From Octopus sinensis (lineage: Eukaryota), in the NCBI RefSeq assembly GCF_006345805.1, contig NC_043003.1, positions 39,122,001 to 39,186,000 of the forward strand: DNA of 64,000 nt, in the 5' to 3' direction. Below the pieces are notes generated by a model. The model had not been told where the DNA came from, searched no databases, and worked only from the letters and a program-made list of their open reading frames with translations. Numbering within the stretch: the first letter of the stretch is position 1; every line of letters starts with the position of its first letter. The position numbers and the translations under genes are program-made. Below are positions 12,420 through 24,573 of this stretch, in pieces.

Positions 12420-12452
12420 TTTGACGTTTCGAGCATAGCTCCTCGTCAGAAA
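12420..12452 (-). ncRNA. minimal type I hammerhead ribozyme candidate in a PLE-like terminus
   Basis: Minus strand ttt-CTGACGA-g-gagc-tat-gctc-GAAAC-GTC-aaa; palindromic ACGT stem III. Confidence 0.6.
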
Positions 12453-13024
12453 GGAAAAAGAAAATGGAAAAAGTCCACAGCAGGAAAAAAATTACCAACA
12501 GCATGTGTGTAGTTATACTGCTGAAGTTACTACTTCTATGTCTGTCTGTCTGCCTGACTGTATGTATGCATGTACGTATGTATGCATATATATATATATA
12601 TGCATACATAGTACATACGTGTGCTATATATATGTATATGTAATATAAATATGGAACACACATACACACACATACATATGTATATATACATAGAAGCATA
12701 CATACATACATGCATACATACATACATACATACATACGTACATACATACTTACATACATACATACATATATGTATGTGTGCGTAATTTTGTGTTTGTGCC
12801 TGTTCCTTCTAGAATGCTTGAGCACCGGTACTTATTTGTTCGATTAATAATCCTTCAATGTGGTGCTTGAGCATGGCTGCTGTCCAATGACTGAAACAAG
12901 TAAAAGTTAAAAGGGTAAAAAGGTATATAATAAAGTATATATATAATGTTAATATAATAAATATATATATATATATATAATATAATATAATATTATATAT
13001 ATTACATTATTACTATATATATAT

Positions 13025-13100
<76 letters not shown>

Positions 13101-13327
13101 ATTAATAAGGGTGATAGAATTAGATACTAATTTAATAGTATCTCGATTCAACACCAAGTGGCCCAGTGGGAAACATATATTTTGTGGTGGTTGAACTTAT
13201 TGGATCTATTTCTAGTGCTAGAGTGAGCCACATAGTGACCACTCTCTTATTTACTTATATATATATATACATATATATATATATCATATATTATACACAA
13301 GAAAAAAGCAACAAAAATGGATCAATA

Positions 13328-13417
13328 TTTCGGTACAATTGTTTCGTACGAAGACCAGCTTTATTAAGGCTGCAAATATTGCAGCAAATACAAGTGACCC
13401 GTACTCATCAGCCCAAA
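13328..13417 (-). ncRNA. type I hammerhead ribozyme, inverted copy
   Basis: Same as 13726-13815 except the 5' stem I strand reads ttttggg, which adds a mismatch. Confidence 0.7.
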
Positions 13418-13725
13418 AAAATCTGAGTTCTCCAAACATCTAAGTGGGTGAGGCTACACTCCTGAAACATCAGGGATAGTTCTATAAAAATCAGATTTAG
13501 ATAATAAACGGACTTCCAAAGTTCCTTAATGTTGCACAGTCATATAACAGGTTTTAAAAAAGTATTTTAAAAACCTCTTAGTTTCACAGAAAATGAAAAT
13601 GTTAAACCATCCATAATGAAGTAGGTTTGATTTCTGGAGATATGAGGAGAGATTTCATACTCACAGACGTGATGTTTCAGGAGTGTAGCCTCACCCCCTT
13701 AGATGTTTGGAGAACTCAGATGTTT

Positions 13726-13815
13726 TTTCGGCTGATGAGTACGGGTCACTTGTATTTGCTGCAATATTTGCAGCCTTAATAAAGCTGGTCTTCGTACGAA
13801 ACAATTGTACCGAAA
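13726..13815 (+). ncRNA. type I hammerhead ribozyme, canonical core
   Basis: tttcgg-CTGATGA-gtacg-[49 nt]-cgtac-GAAAC-aatt-GTA-ccgaaa; predicted cleavage after 13809. Confidence 0.85.
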
Positions 13816-14069
13816 TATTGATCCATTTTTGTTGCTTTTTTCTTGTTTATAATTACCTCGCATTATCTTATGGTTAATATCATATAGATTTCTGGTGCAT
13901 CTAAGTTAAGTACCGCATTCATGTGAATTCAACAGAACTCACTTGAATCTTAATTGCTTTTACTTATTATTATATATATATATATATATTATATATATAT
14001 ATATATATTATATATATAAATAACATATAACATATATACATAAATACATATATATATATATATATACAA

Positions 14070-14116
<47 letters not shown>

Positions 14117-14633
14117 CATATGACTATATGCATTGATGTCCGAAAGCCTAAGTTCCAATTATTTTAAAGTTTGAAGCACACACATACACAAACACGTTTA
14201 GACGGAAGTTATGTATACATACTTACAAACACACATACATACACATACGTGTGTGTGTGTGTGTGTGTGTGTGTTGGAGTGTGTGTGCTTATAGTTATAC
14301 ATTTCTACGTATAAATCAGATAGCAAGTTAGATCTACAAACACACACACACTCACACATAGATACACACACATACACTCACACACACATGCACACACACA
14401 CACACACAATACACACACACACACACACACAATACACACACACACACAGAATGCAGACATCATCTGTACGAACGGCACTAGAGAAGATTGGAGTAACTTG
14501 GATTTTTGCCCTTAGATTTATTTATAAATCTTCTCATCTTAAATTTCTTACTTCAGATCACACACACACACACAGGCCATATAAACACGCACACGCACGC
14601 ACACACACACACACAGACACACACACACACACA

Positions 14634-14679
<46 letters not shown>

Positions 14680-14984
14680 CACACTTCTTCTGAAGTTATA
14701 AACATTCTGAATGTTTTCCCAACCCGACCATTATTCTCCGTACATTTGTTCTGTGTTTTACACTTGGTTTGTTCCTGTTTGCGTAAACCTTGGGCCGTCC
14801 AACACTCCCAGCTATAACATATCCAAACATTCTATTTCTTGTTTACTGCTCTTTTTTTTTTTTTTACATTTCCTTTTATACACCTCTCTCTTTCGATGTG
14901 TTTTTTTGTTGTTTCTTTATTTCGTTCTTCCTTTCTTTCTTCCTTTCTTCAATCATTCTGTCTGTCTGCTTCTAGGTACTTTGT

Positions 14985-14985
14985 G

Positions 14986-15024
<39 letters not shown>

Positions 15025-15160
15025 TATCGATCTATCTATCTATCTATCGATAATCTATCTATGTCGGTCTGTCTGTCTATCTATCTATCTATCTATCTAT
15101 CTATTATGATACTATCTATTATCTGTCTGTCTGTCGTCTATCTGCCTATCTATCTGTCTG

Positions 15161-15215
<55 letters not shown>

Positions 15216-15234
15216 GTCTATCTATCTATCTATC
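14985..15234. repeat. (TATC)n/(TGTC)n microsatellite, left flank of Tx1
   Basis: Direct reading of the sequence. Confidence 0.95.
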
Positions 15235-15451
15235 ACAATGGACGGACGCTAGTCATATCGGCTCCAAGTAAGTTGGCCACTTTTACATGTTTAAAACTCC
15301 TTGTTGTCACTATTTTTGTTTTAATCGTTGTGCAAATTCATTCACTAAAAACCTGAGAATTATTCACGTAGAATTCCGCCCCTGTATGGGCGAAATTACA
15401 AAAAAACTTTCAAAACTTTCGTGGGTTTTTTAGCCATTTTTCATTTTGAAA

Positions 15452-17450
15452 ATGGCAACTAGAAACCACGTGGCTAGCCCGCCAGTCATGCAGAACGGTA
15501 GCAAAACACTATTGCTACCACTAGCTGCTAAACATCGCAGCGTGAACACCGCTGTCACCACCATCACCACCACCAACAACAACAACAACAAATCTAACGT
15601 CGCATTCACCATCGCCGCGACCAAAGACATTAACTTAGATTTCCCCTCACTCCCCACACCACTTGTTGATGATAAAGGGACAGAGAAAGGGATTTCAAAA
15701 ATGAATACAAACGAAAACATGAATGCCAGCACCACCACCATCACCACCAACAACAACAACAACGAAATTGGCACAAAGCCGCCTACCAAAGACAACACCG
15801 CCAACACCAACACCACTACTACGACGTCAAATGCTACATCCAAGCCTTCTGCTGCTAATACCGCCAACACCAACACCACTACCATGACTTCAATTAACAC
15901 TGCCACAAAACACTTCTACTGCCAAATTCAAAACGAATTTTGCGGACGTAACAAAACAAAAAAGAACAATTGTAACATTCACCACACAAGAGATAAACCG
16001 CACAAAGGCACTCTTCTCCAAAGAAGGAGACAAATTGCACCTTCATATTCCACAACACATCGTGGAAAACACGCAAAAAAAAAACAAAATTATAAAGTAA
16101 TAAACAAAAAAACAAGAAGAACAGAAAATGCACCGCAGCAGGAAAAAATCGATAAATGCCTTCGTCCTGTATGGGACTCCAAGGAATATATCAGTTGGGG
16201 AAACAAATTTGGTACAGTCCAAGTACGTTTCCTCAACGAAAGTTTAGCAAAACGTTTTCCACATTGGAGCTACATTCGGACGACTTGGTAATGATACCAG
16301 TCTATTTAAACAAAAGGGTCACGAAAGTCCAAATAAAAAAACATACCATTTGATGTCGAAACACAATGGGTGGTCTCTGCCATCTGCTTTGAAATGTCAG
16401 AGACAATGTCAGAGACAAACATCCTGGAAATCGCGGTTCTAGGAGAAAAGACTATGTGGGCAAATCAATCGAATTCCTGCTTCAATTGGATGAAGCAGCA
16501 AGAGAGAAGATACCCACCGCTATAGAACTGCCAGGAGGCTACAAACTCTATATAGTGGTAGAGGGCAGGCGACCACGCTGCTATTTGTGTGGAAGCGAAA
16601 CACACTTGAAAAAGACGTGCCCAACCACTGCACACCAAGAGCAACAACAACAACCACTACCACAACCAAAGCACTCCGGAAAAAAAAGCTCTACTACCCA
16701 CCACACCATCAACACAGAAGACGACAAGAGAAGCACACCAAGCTAATCCGTCATCAACCAAAAACCACTCGACACCTGAAAAATACCAACACCACCAACA
16801 ACAGCAAAACCAAAGGAACAGAAAAACAAAGAAAACACACACAAACTGATCCCCCCCCTTATACCGCACTCAACACACACAAACACTCAACAACCAACAA
16901 CAACGAAAACAACAACACAACCACTTACACAGACATACATAGAAGCCCACAACATACCCCTACCCCCTTCTGATTCCTCAGAAATTTCGTCGGAAGACGA
17001 AACCAGTGAGGAATGGCAAATAGCTACAAAAAGAAGGAAAATAAAGAGCAGAAACACAACCAAACCAAATGCAAACACGAACAAAGCAGGGGGAAATACA
17101 TCTCCCGAAGACATTTCAAAACCCAACGCAAACAACAGCCACACCAACACCACAAAAACATATACAGCAAACATGCTCACAGCCATAGACACCAAAAAAC
17201 ACAAATTGATGGAATACATCCAATCAAAACAAACATAACAGAAGATGACATAAAAACAAACAACCACCCATACACAACACCACCAGACCACATCAAAATA
17301 ATACACATCTCCAAAAGTCTGCACCACACACTCAAAGGCATTTTCCCCAGTGCGGTTGGTAAATGCCAAAAATATCTCACAAAGAAACTGTACTGGGATC
17401 TTCTCGAGGACAAACCAACGGAGGAGAAAGCAAAAACTTTCGAGCAGTAA
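15452..17450 (+). CDS. Tx1 ORF1 (gag-like), frameshifted
   Basis: Thr/Asn-rich N-terminus, RRM-like block, zinc knuckle CYLCGSETHLKKTC (CX2CX4HX4C) in ORF 16456-16746; several reading-frame breaks. Confidence 0.75.
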
Positions 17451-17481
17451 GTAACCCTCTGTATTCTAATTCATTAGAACT

Positions 17482-20400
17482 ATGATCAAGATTGGTTGTG
17501 TAAATGCGCGTGGCTTGGGGTCCCCTTGGAAACAAGGGTACCTCTTAAATGACATAAAGTCACATAAGTTAGAAATCATAGCCATAAGCGAGACCAGACT
17601 CCACAATCCGCGGGCCCTAAAGACCATGTTTGGCGGACAGTTCAACATTTATTTTTCCCCCTGTCTGCCGAGAATGGGCGGTAGTGGCACCGCGGTACTT
17701 TTTCACAAGAGTCTGGATCTCAATGTAAGGACAATATTCGTAGACCCGGAGGGTAGACTGGTCGTCCTGGATGTCGACGGCAGCAATGGGTGCGCTTTTC
17801 GGCTCGTATCAGTTTACGCACCGCCCTTAACAGGTCGGGCGGATTTCTTTCAACGTCTAGAAGTTTTCTTGGGAACGTCTCGTCCTTTACTCTTAGTGGG
17901 GGATTGGAATGCTACCTTGGACACGCATGTAGACTACGTGGGTAGAGATAGGAATAGACGGGGATGCAAATGCCTCAGAGACCTGCTCAGACGCTTTCAA
18001 CTGTCTGACAGGTTTCGACTAGACCACCCGAATGCGCCAACGTGGACATGGAGCAACCGCATCGGGTCGTCGAGATCGTATCTAGATAGGATACTGTGTA
18101 GGACAGTAGATAGAGATAGCATAGGATGTCCACAATTCCACATAGTCAGCTACACGGATCACAAACTTGTGACATGTACGCTAGACTTAGGTAAGACACT
18201 TAGGCAGGGTCCCGGATACTGGAAACTAAACGCGTCTTTCCCATCGAGACAAGTTTTCAGAGACCGGATTAGCACACTAGTAAAGAGGGCTTTGACGGGA
18301 GCCATCATCAACAACAAATGGTGGTTTGCCCTCAAGAGAGCAGTAAAAGCAGAAGCGATTAGGTACAGCAAAGCACTAGCCATAGATAGAAATAGAGTAG
18401 AGGGTGAGCTAGTTAAGAAGCTAGAAGAGGCAATTAGAAGCGGCATCGCATCCGACGTTTTGGCGGCGAGGTTGGCCCTCGACCAACACTTCAACGCCAA
18501 ACACGAAGGATGTGCTGTCAGAGCTAGGATGCGTGCTCTAAGGAACGAAGGTGTTGGAGCCGCGAGAGAGGCCCGGGTGGCAGAGGCGCAAACAGGGCAA
18601 CAAAGCCACCATTCGGTCACTGGTAGATGAACAGGGGCGCGAATTGCTCGAGCCAAGTAAAATGTGTGAGGCCTTTCAGCAGCATTTTGCCCGACTGTTC
18701 GGAACGAGTGGAGGGCAAAACGTAGGGTGGACTTCAGTGCCTACCTACATAGCCTACCACGACTCTCGACAAGAAAGGCAGGGTGCTGCGAAGGTGCCAT
18801 CACGGCGGCGGAAGTGCGGGAAGCGATGGCAGAATGCTCGAGGGACAAATCACCGGGTTTGGATGGTCTACCCTACGAGCTTTACAATTGTATGCCAGAC
18901 TTGTTTGGAGATCTCTTGGCGGCGGTGTACTGCAACTGGCAGCAAAACGGGAGCATTCCTGGTTTTGTGAGCCGAGGAGCCGTAACACTGCTGAAGAAAG
19001 ATCTAAACAAGGGAAATGTAATAGATAACTTTAGGCCCTCACTCTGCTTAATGCAGACTTGAAAATTTTGGCCAAGGTGCTAGCCAAGAGGTTGGCGCTT
19101 GTCATCGAGAAACTGGTCGACAAGGCGCAAACATGCGCCGTGCCAGGCCGGACCATCCATGACAACCTCCATCTGATGCGCTACATCATAGACAGGGTAG
19201 TTAACGAACCTGGCATGGGTGGGGCCCTGATCAACTTGGATCAATCAAAAGCCTTTGATAGGGTAGACCATCGATACTTGGAGGCAGTCCTGAGAGCGGC
19301 TGGTTTCGGTTCGGTCCCGTCTTCCGCGGCTGGATAGCTGCCTTGTACAGAGGCATCCGTTCGGTAATTCGCGTAAATGGACATCTATCGAGACCTTTCG
19401 ACATTGCACGTTCGGTCCGTCAGGGATGCCCCCTCTCGGCGCTTCTATACGTATTGACTCTTGAGCCACTACTGCGGAAGCTGGCGACTCTAAGGGGCAT
19501 CCCGCGAGAATTGGGATGCGGGACGAGCGTGTCTGCATACGCGGACGACGTCACCGTCATAGTGTCTAGCCACGAGCACATCGAGCTGGTCGGCGAGACA
19601 CTGAAAAACTACGAAGCGGTGACAGGAGCGAAAATCAACCGGGAAAAGTCAGTGGGCTTGCGACTAGGCACCTGGAGAAGCAAGCCCATGCCGTCCACCA
19701 GCGCCTCCGTCGTGGGACGCTGGACCGACGGCCCGGTTGAGTTGCTCGGGGTCTGGTTTGGTCCGGACCTCCAAGTGGAGAAGAACTGGAACGAGATAAC
19801 GAGTAGGGTGGTCACTCTCGCCCGGCAATGGGCCGAGAGGAAACTGTCCCTAAAAGGTCGAGCGGAGGTGGCGAACACGTACATCGCGTCCGTCATCTAC
19901 TACCGCCTGACCGTCGTACCTTGTCCCGACCCTACCATCACCAAACTACAACGCATCCTCTTTCGCTTCTTGTGGAAAGGATGCGTCCCGATGGTCAGGC
20001 GATCCATTTGCTGTCAACACCGTTAAAAGGAGGGCTGGGCATGCCGTGGTTGATGATGCGCAGACACGCGCTGAGACTGCGACATCTCTGGCTCTATGTA
20101 GACGACGGTGAACAGGTGTGGTCGCCGTTTGTGAGGCACGCTTTCCCGCAGCTCGTCTCCATGACCGAACTGCAGTCGTGGATCAAAAAGAGGCCGAGGA
20201 AGGGCGAATGGCACCGCGAGTGTCGCGTTGCTCTCAAGCAACTCTGCCGTCCTGGGTCGACCTTAAGTGACTTCAACACAACCAAAGCATTCTATAGGGG
20301 TTTAGTGGAGGGGAGGTACGACGACGAGCTCGGGGCGAACCTGGACGTCGACGAGGAGTACCTGACCCGCCTGTTCGGGACGGCTTTCGGGCCAGGGCCC

Positions 20401-20921
20401 ATGGACAACTTCCAGAGATCCCTGGCCTGGCAGTGCTACCGAGAAGCGCTACCCGTCGGGATAAGCTCTACAGACACGGCTCGAGAAACACGGGGCCGAC
20501 CTGCCCGAGATGCGGTCAGAGCGACGAAACCGTTCTGCACGCACTCGTTCAGTGTCCAACAATTTCCGACCTGTGGGCTTATGTCGAACAACTGCTGTCT
20601 GCGTGTGTGGGACGAGTCGGTTATCAGCTGAGTCTATCGTCAATATTGTCACGCCTCCTTCCTTCAAACGGGAAGGAAGAGCTATTTCATCATCCTTGTG
20701 GCTATGGCGAAAGAATGTATCTGTGGACGCGTCTGAAAGGATTGGAGACAAACACTTTCCTCTCTGGTCAATCTCTCATCAACTTCTTCAAGTACCACTT
20801 GAAAAGGAAAGTGAGAGTAGAGAGGCAAGTTTTGTCTAGCGAATGTTTTAAAAAAAGATGGGTGAATGTAGCAAGAATGGCACGTATGAATGACGAAGCC
20901 ACCTTGAGCATAGTCCTATGA
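17482..20921 (+). CDS. Tx1 ORF2: APE endonuclease + reverse transcriptase + C-terminal zinc finger, frameshifted
   Basis: GCVNARGL, ISETRL, VGDWNA, SYLDRI, TDHK; SPGLDGL, LDQSKAFDRVDH, VRQGCPLS, AYADDV; CPRCGQSDETVLHALVQC. Confidence 0.93.
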
Positions 20922-21126
20922 ACCAGAAATCGAAAACAGAGAGTTGCTTATTTGCAAAAAAAAAAAAAAAAAAAAAGAAATATAAAATGTGACTTCATTG
21001 ACCGAGGTTACCGTGGTCTTTTCCGCAGGCTTTTCTTTCACGGGTAAACTCACCTGTCCTCCCCTTTACACTTCATATGACATTTCTGTGATAACGATCC
21101 CTATTGATCATTTTTTTTTTTCCTCT

Positions 21127-21157
<31 letters not shown>

Positions 21158-21320
21158 TTAACCCCCCTTATTTTTGTCCTCTTTCTCTCCTTTTACGATC
21201 CCTTTTGATCGAACCTCCCCTTCCTTTTTTTTTTTTTTTTTTTTTTAATACCTTCAAAAGAAAAGCTCTACCTTGTAATTTGTTCTATCTGTGTGCAGCC
21301 CTGTGTGGCTAATAAAGAAA

Positions 21321-21394
21321 CATATCTATCTGTCTGTTGTCTGTCTATCTATCTATCAATCTATCTATCTATCTGTCTGTCTGTCTGTCTGTCG

Positions 21395-21425
<31 letters not shown>

Positions 21426-21511
21426 CATCCTCCATCCATCTATCTATCTATCTATTATGATCTATAATCTATCTATCTGTCGATGTCTATCTGTCTGTCT
21501 GTCGTCTGTTA

Positions 21512-21564
<53 letters not shown>

Positions 21565-21591
21565 CTGTCTGTATGTCTGTCTGTATGTCTG

Positions 21592-21633
<42 letters not shown>

Positions 21634-21777
21634 TGTCGTCTGTCTGTCTGTCTGGCTATCTATCTATTGTCGTCTATATCTGTTCTATATCTATCTATCT
21701 ATCGTCTGTATGTCTGTCTTTGTCTGTCTGTCTGTATATCTATCTATATATCATCTATCTATCATCTATCTATTCTA

Positions 21778-21870
<93 letters not shown>

Positions 21871-21871
21871 G

Positions 21872-21954
<83 letters not shown>

Positions 21955-21955
21955 G

Positions 21956-21990
<35 letters not shown>
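21321..21990. repeat. (TATC)n/(TGTC)n microsatellite, right flank of Tx1
   Basis: Direct reading of the sequence. Confidence 0.95.
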
Positions 21991-21991
<1 letters not shown>

Positions 21992-22275
21992 TTTTGCGTA
22001 TCGCTTCACGCTCTCCTTCTCTCTCACACACGCGCAAAAAAAAAATCAAACGCACAACGCACGCGCGCACGCTGACTGTACATGCATAGCAAATTTATTT
22101 ATATATAAGGTCCAGGTAGGGTAGAAAGATAGGGTATTTCTAATGCACAATATAAGAGCATTTGATGCAGTTCTAAGGAAAAGCCAGTCTTATGTTCAAA
22201 ATAAAAAAACGTTACGTAAATTTTCACATGGAAATTTTGCGAGAACTGGCGTTGGAAGCAGAGCTGGTACAGAAA

Positions 22276-24539
22276 AAATTGTGACTGATCATCAAAGATG
22301 GGATAAGGTCCTTCATTTTCTTCTTCTTCGTTGCTTTTCTTCTCTCTCTCTTCCCCTCCTTCTTTATCTATATATATAGGTGCAGGAGCGGCTGCGTGTT
22401 AAGTAGCCTGCGTACCAACCGCATTGTTCCGAGTTCAGTCTCGGTGCATGGCACCTTGGGAAAATGTCTTCTACTATAGCCTCGGGCCGACAGAAGCCTT
22501 GTGAGTGTATTTGATAGTCGGAAACTGAAAGACGCCGTCGTATATATATATATTGTGAGAATTTACAAAAAAAAAACAACAAAAGACGAAAACGGGTGTG
22601 TAAACAACAGACATAGTTGTATTAGTTTAACGCTCGGGAAGTGTGAAGGTCGTTTACGTTCGGAGCCTACGCTCTCGACAGAAAGGAACATAGAAATAAA
22701 AGGGAGAGAATATAAAAAAGTTTAGTGGCTAGCGATCTATCATGGCGAATGCGGACAGAGGGGTCACACAGAAGAGCTAGGAAGAAAGGAGATAATAAAG
22801 TAGTGGCGATCTAAAACTAATGTGCTCGTGCGTGTGTATGTGAGAGTATGTATGTGTGTGTGAAAGGGGGCTGGTGACATTTACGTGTGCGTGTGCATGT
22901 GTGGTGTGTGATGTGGGTGTATGGTGATTATGCTGGAATATTATGATGATGAATATTATGCTGGAAAGTGATCATTGTTAGTGTGTGCGCTGGTGTGGGT
23001 GCTGGGAAGTGGTCAGTGCTAGTGTGTGCGGGGTGGTGTGATTTGGTGTAATATGGTGGTGTGTGGTGTGGTAGTGTGGTATGGAGGAGTGTGGTGTGGT
23101 GTAGTGGTGTGTTTACACACCCGTAACTTAGCGGTTCGGCAACAGAGTACAATGGAATAAGTACTAGGCTTACAAAGAATAAGCCCTGGGGGCGATTTCA
23201 TCGACTAAAGGCGGTGCTCCTGTATAGCCGCAGTCAAATGACTGAAACAAATAAAAACATATATAGAAAAGATGTATATATATATATACAGACATAATAC
23301 GTACACACATATATAATATATATATATACGCATACATATATACATACACACACACTCCTATACCATACATACATATATATATTTTATATTATATTATATG
23401 CATGTGTGTACTAATGCATTTGTCAGTAAGATGTCTGTATCTTTGTCACTACCTTCGTTGACAAACATAAACCTACTTCTCTATCTGTTTATCGACATTT
23501 CTGTCAGACCCTTGGTATTATTGTTCAGTTTATTTATCTACGTAATTATCTTTTTTATGCAATAAGCATATATATAATATACATATACATCATGTATTAT
23601 TTATGTATGTGTGTAAGTATGTATGTATGTATGTATGTATATATAGTGTATATAATATATGTGTATATATATATATATATATATAATATTATATATATAT
23701 ATATATATATTAATATATATATATATATATATATATGTCTACAGCTGGGACAACGTAGTGAAGTACCAATATCGATGAGGATGATCAATATATGATGAAT
23801 GGTTTGATGTAATTAGCAGCCAGACGCACCTTAATATTATGGTTGTACTAAGGGCTACAACTACACTACCACCACCACCACCACCACCACCACCACCACC
23901 ACCACCACCATCATCACCGTCCCCATCACCTCCATCGCAACTATTGTGTCATCATCATCATCACATCCATCATCGCACCACTACCAGACACACATTCATT
24001 CCAGCCCATACAGTTTTATGTATCATGTTCAGTGAGGTATCACATCACACAAGCGTCTAATCGGAGATGAGTGTCTTACATTAACCAACCAATTTTCGGT
24101 AGTGGTGGCCACCAGAATGTGCTTGTGTGACTATCGCTGAAAGAAGGAATTGGCTTACTGCGTGTTTTGCACCTTTAAACTTCACAGAAGGAAAGAAAAA
24201 AAGTGAGAAAGAGAGAAGAGAAAGAGAGAAGAGAGAGAGAGAGAGAGAAGAGAAAGAGAGAAGAGAAAGAAAGAGAGAGAGAAGAGAAAGAGAGAGAGAG
24301 AGAGAGCCAATGAAGGAGTCTTGGCGTTAAGACAGCAACTGTAAACATGCGTATCTCCCACATACATACACATACCACGAGGACACGCTAATATACCCAT
24401 ACCTACACACACACACACACATGTATGTATGCATATATATGTATTTATGCATGTATATAAATGCATACACAGCGGCTACTGGTAAGGAGTTTCTATATTT
24501 CTAATTATTGACAGTTTTATGCACATTACCACCACCACC

Positions 24540-24573
<34 letters not shown>

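Larger units (their letters stand above)
13297..13846. mobile_element. inverted PLE-like terminal repeats (~176 bp arms, ~197 bp spacer)
   Basis: 13297-13472 is the near-perfect reverse complement of 13670-13846; each arm carries a hammerhead; (TA)n lies on both sides. Confidence 0.8.
15235..21320 (+). mobile_element. full-length Tx1/L1-clade LINE
   Basis: 5'UTR, CCHC ORF1, APE-RT-zinc finger ORF2, and A/T-tract 3'UTR ending AATAAAgaaa; tetranucleotide arrays on both sides. Confidence 0.92.

Noticed and set aside
21337-22124. Long ORFs (250, 213, 121 aa) of IYLS/VCLS repeats, and similar ORFs throughout the window
   Set aside because: Translations of TATC, TGTC, TA, CA, TACA, GTA and GAT microsatellites that lack stop codons
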